DNA of 64,000 bases, from the NCBI GenBank assembly GCA_963677495.2, contig CAXXOU010000004.1, positions 1,441,726 to 1,505,725 on the forward strand. The letters run 5' to 3'. Source of the stretch: Candidatus Cloacimonadales bacterium (lineage in GTDB: Bacteria; Cloacimonadota; Cloacimonadia; Cloacimonadales; JAFGVF01). Of the stretch, positions 61,893-64,000 are shown piece after piece. Position numbers and translations under genes: made by a program. Numbering within the stretch: position 1 is the stretch's first letter; each line of letters begins with the position of its first letter. The notes beneath the pieces are model-generated. The model did no database searches and had not been told where the DNA came from. It worked only from the letters and a program-made list of their open reading frames with translations.

Positions 61893-62354
61893 ATGGAAGT
61901 GTTCATGATGGAACCCTTCGAAGCCTTCTCAGGAGTGATGGGTAAACTCGTTTACTCAGCATTCAATGAAGGACACATCTGCTTCAGCAGAGAGTATGTA
62001 ATCCCAACTCCTACTGATAACACAGCAAAAATGGGAGATGTTGGAGAAAACTTAGCCATAGTATATGATAGTTTTGATAGTGGCTGGGTTTCAGATCTCC
62101 AAAAGTACACAAAACGTTATGCAAAAGACTGTCAAACTCGTTACCAAAGACACCCGGGCTTCTATGCCATGTATGGTAAGATGTGGTGGAAGGTAGTTAA
62201 AGATGATCCCACAATTGACTTGAGAACAGTAACATTCGCAGATATTCAACTCCTTGATATTGGAATCCAAACAGTTAAAGATGCCATTAATAATGGCTTC
62301 CTTCCTAAGATCAAGAAATTCGATGACTTAACCAATACCTATAATGGAGCGTAG
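61893..62354 (+). CDS. Uncharacterised ~150-aa multicopy family, paralog E
   Basis: SGVMGKLVY, REYVIP, WVSDLQKY; C-terminal third almost identical to paralog C. Confidence 0.87.
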   Translation: MEVFMMEPFEAFSGVMGKLVYSAFNEGHICFSREYVIPTPTDNTAKMGDVGENLAIVYDSFDSGWVSDLQKYTKRYAKDCQTRYQRHPGFYAMYGKMWWKVVKDDPTIDLRTVTFADIQLLDIGIQTVKDAINNGFLPKIKKFDDLTNTYNGA

Positions 62355-62360
62355 GTAAAA

Positions 62361-62386
62361 AAGGCCCTCGGGAGAGGGCTTTTTTT
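62361..62386 (+). terminator. Intrinsic terminator of paralog E
   Basis: GGCCCTC-GGGA-GAGGGCT plus T-run. Confidence 0.75.
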
Positions 62387-62648
62387 AGCTAATAGCTTAT
62401 AGCCTAAAGCCTATAGCTGAATGCGTTTCAGATGCAAAATGCAAAATGCAAAATGCTGAATGCTAAATGCAAGATGAAAAATGCAGGATGCTAACCACGA
62501 AAGGCACTAAAAGCACGAAAGGGGATCTTATTATTTTCGTGTCTTTCGTGTGGTTCGTGGTTAAAAAAACTGTTACTGTAGCGTGAAGTTATCCACTATG
62601 AGTCCAACTCGTAAACTCGCTATGACTCCAATGGAGAGATAGGGGGAA

Positions 62649-62747
62649 AGTTCGACCCCGTTGGGGTCGTGGTTTTTTGGGTGGTTGTTGATCCCACGCT
62701 TGCGCATGGGGCTATTCAGGTTCAGCTAACTCCGTAGCTGATATCTA
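62649..62747. repeat. ~95-bp multi-hairpin element, inverted copy of 48592-48686
   Basis: AGTTCGACCCCGTTGGGGTCGTGG...GCATGGGGCTATTCAGGTTCAGCTAACTCCGTAGCTGAT. Confidence 0.85.
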
Positions 62748-62755
62748 TAAGAGAT

Positions 62756-62890
62756 AGATGAAAGATGCTGAATGCTAAATGCTAAATGCTAAATGCTTAA
62801 TTATAAATGCAAGATGCAAGATGCAGAATGAATAATGCAAAATGCAAAATGCAAGATGCAGAATGACAAATACAATGCAAATGCAGGATG
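62756..62890 (+). repeat. Heptamer tandem repeat (TGCTAAA/TGCAAGA/TGCAAAA)
   Basis: Long run of 7-mers; similar runs at 32240-32290, 49690-49772, 57610-57655, 57797-57865 and 62432-62490. Confidence 0.8.
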
Positions 62891-62962
62891 TAGGATTGGA
62901 GCTTCTTTGAAAACAAACAAATATATGATTGACAATGTTGTTAGGTAATTGATGCTTTCGTT

Positions 62963-63880
62963 ATGCAAGAGATTATAAAAGACTTTTTAAAGTACTTACG
63001 GCTTGAAGGTAAGTCGCAACATACAATTACTTCATACGAAATGGATATGAAGCAGTTTAAAGAACATATAGAGAATTACTTCCCAAATAGAGAAGTTAAG
63101 CTCAAAGAGATAAAAAAGCTATATGTGCGTGACCACCTGCGTCAGTTGAGCCAAAAGGGTGTCGATAATCGCTCTCTTGCCAGGAAACTATCTGCTCTTA
63201 AGAAGTTCTTTAAGTACTGCAAAGTTAAAGGGATAGTTGACTCCAATCCCATCGAAGGAATGAATAGTCCTAAGTTCGAGAAGAAACTACCTACTTTCTT
63301 CAGTGAAGAGGAGATGGAGAAACTGCTAAGAGTGCCTGATTTGACCTCAAAGTTCGGTGTCAGAGACAGAGCAATTCTGGAGCTTATATACTCCTCCGGA
63401 TTACGATTAGGTGAGGTTGCAAGCTTAACAATTCAGCGTATGAATTTCAGGCACAAACGCGTGAAAGTGCTTGGTAAAGGTAACAAAGAGCGAATAGTGC
63501 CGGTTGGAGAGAAAGCATTGTCAGCCTTAAGAGATTACTATCAAATCAGAGATAAGTTTGCCAGTGAGTTCAGTGGTGATACTTTCTTTCTAACCAAAAG
63601 CGGTAAGGCGTTTGATAGTGAGCAGTTGGGAATCATACTTGATCGTTATATTAGCTTGATCGCACAGAAGAAAGGTTATTCTGCCCATACAATCAGACAT
63701 ACATTTGCAACACATCTTTTAAAGAATGGTGCAGACTTAAGAGTTATTCAGGAGATGTTGGGACATTCCTTCTTGACATCTACTGAAATCTATACACATG
63801 TAACTTTGAATGAAATAAAATCTGTTTATAAACAGACTCACCCGAGAAATAGAGAAAAAGAAGATAAATTGGAGGATTAA
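62963..63880 (+). CDS. xerC: XerC/XerD tyrosine recombinase
   Basis: RDRAILELIYSSGLRLGE, GKGNKER, HTIRHTFATHLL..GADLRVIQEMLGH, TEIYTHV; xerC vs xerD not certain. Confidence 0.85.
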   Translation: MQEIIKDFLKYLRLEGKSQHTITSYEMDMKQFKEHIENYFPNREVKLKEIKKLYVRDHLRQLSQKGVDNRSLARKLSALKKFFKYCKVKGIVDSNPIEGMNSPKFEKKLPTFFSEEEMEKLLRVPDLTSKFGVRDRAILELIYSSGLRLGEVASLTIQRMNFRHKRVKVLGKGNKERIVPVGEKALSALRDYYQIRDKFASEFSGDTFFLTKSGKAFDSEQLGIILDRYISLIAQKKGYSAHTIRHTFATHLLKNGADLRVIQEMLGHSFLTSTEIYTHVTLNEIKSVYKQTHPRNREKEDKLED

Positions 63881-63882
63881 TT

Positions 63883-64000
63883 ATGAAACTTGAAGGTAAA
63901 GTACTCGTTGCCCAAGGTGGTGGTCCTACTGCTGTAATCAATCAATCTATGGTAGGTGTTGTACTTGAAGCTAGAAAATTCCCTCAAGTAACAAGAGTTT
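63883..64000 (+). CDS. Phosphofructokinase family (probably PPi-dependent), 5' part only
   Basis: GGAGG RBS; MKLEGKVLVAQGGGPTAVINQS. Confidence 0.85.
   Translation, partial: MKLEGKVLVAQGGGPTAVINQSMVGVVLEARKFPQVTRV

Noticed and set aside
62963..63880. Integron integrase or prophage integrase
   Set aside because: Length and motifs fit XerC/D; no IntI-specific insertion is evident, no attC sites were recognised and no phage genes are nearby

Overview
AT-rich bacterial chromosome segment, probably Cloacimonadota or a related FCB lineage. This is an inference from secreted proteins ending in a 'YPNPFNP' FlgD/T9SS-like tail and from the gene content. Housekeeping blocks are glnA (partial)-M50 peptidase-tyrS; ileS-HD-S4-7TM/HD-ybeY-CNNM-ridA-pduO-gpmA; an M16 peptidase; a CotH/LTD protein; mreB-mreC-(F420-ligase-like)-mreD-mrdA-rodA; and xerC-pfk (partial). 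Between them lie repeat-dense intergenic islands. These islands hold: (i) five paralogs of an uncharacterised ~150-aa protein with shared upstream DNA modules and flanking repeats, two of them convergent with a second uncharacterised ~200-aa family; (ii) a RAYT/Y1 HUH transposase inside a REP/BIME-like tandem array; (iii) two IS21 copies, both inserted in repeat arrays, with 6- and 7-bp target duplications; (iv) two IS110 copies at the same site of a ~190-bp repeat, whose left non-coding end carries readable bridge-RNA-like target and donor guides; (v) a three-gene Lamassu/ABC-3C-type defence cassette bracketed by ~95-bp inverted repeats; (vi) a four-helix-bundle gene flanked by inverted heptamer repeats; (vii) a ~32-bp micro-element nested inside other hairpins. 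A ~1490-codon secreted beta-helix gene is split by one in-frame TAG. No rRNA, tRNA or CRISPR array was recognised. All calls come from reading the sequence by eye, with no database searches.
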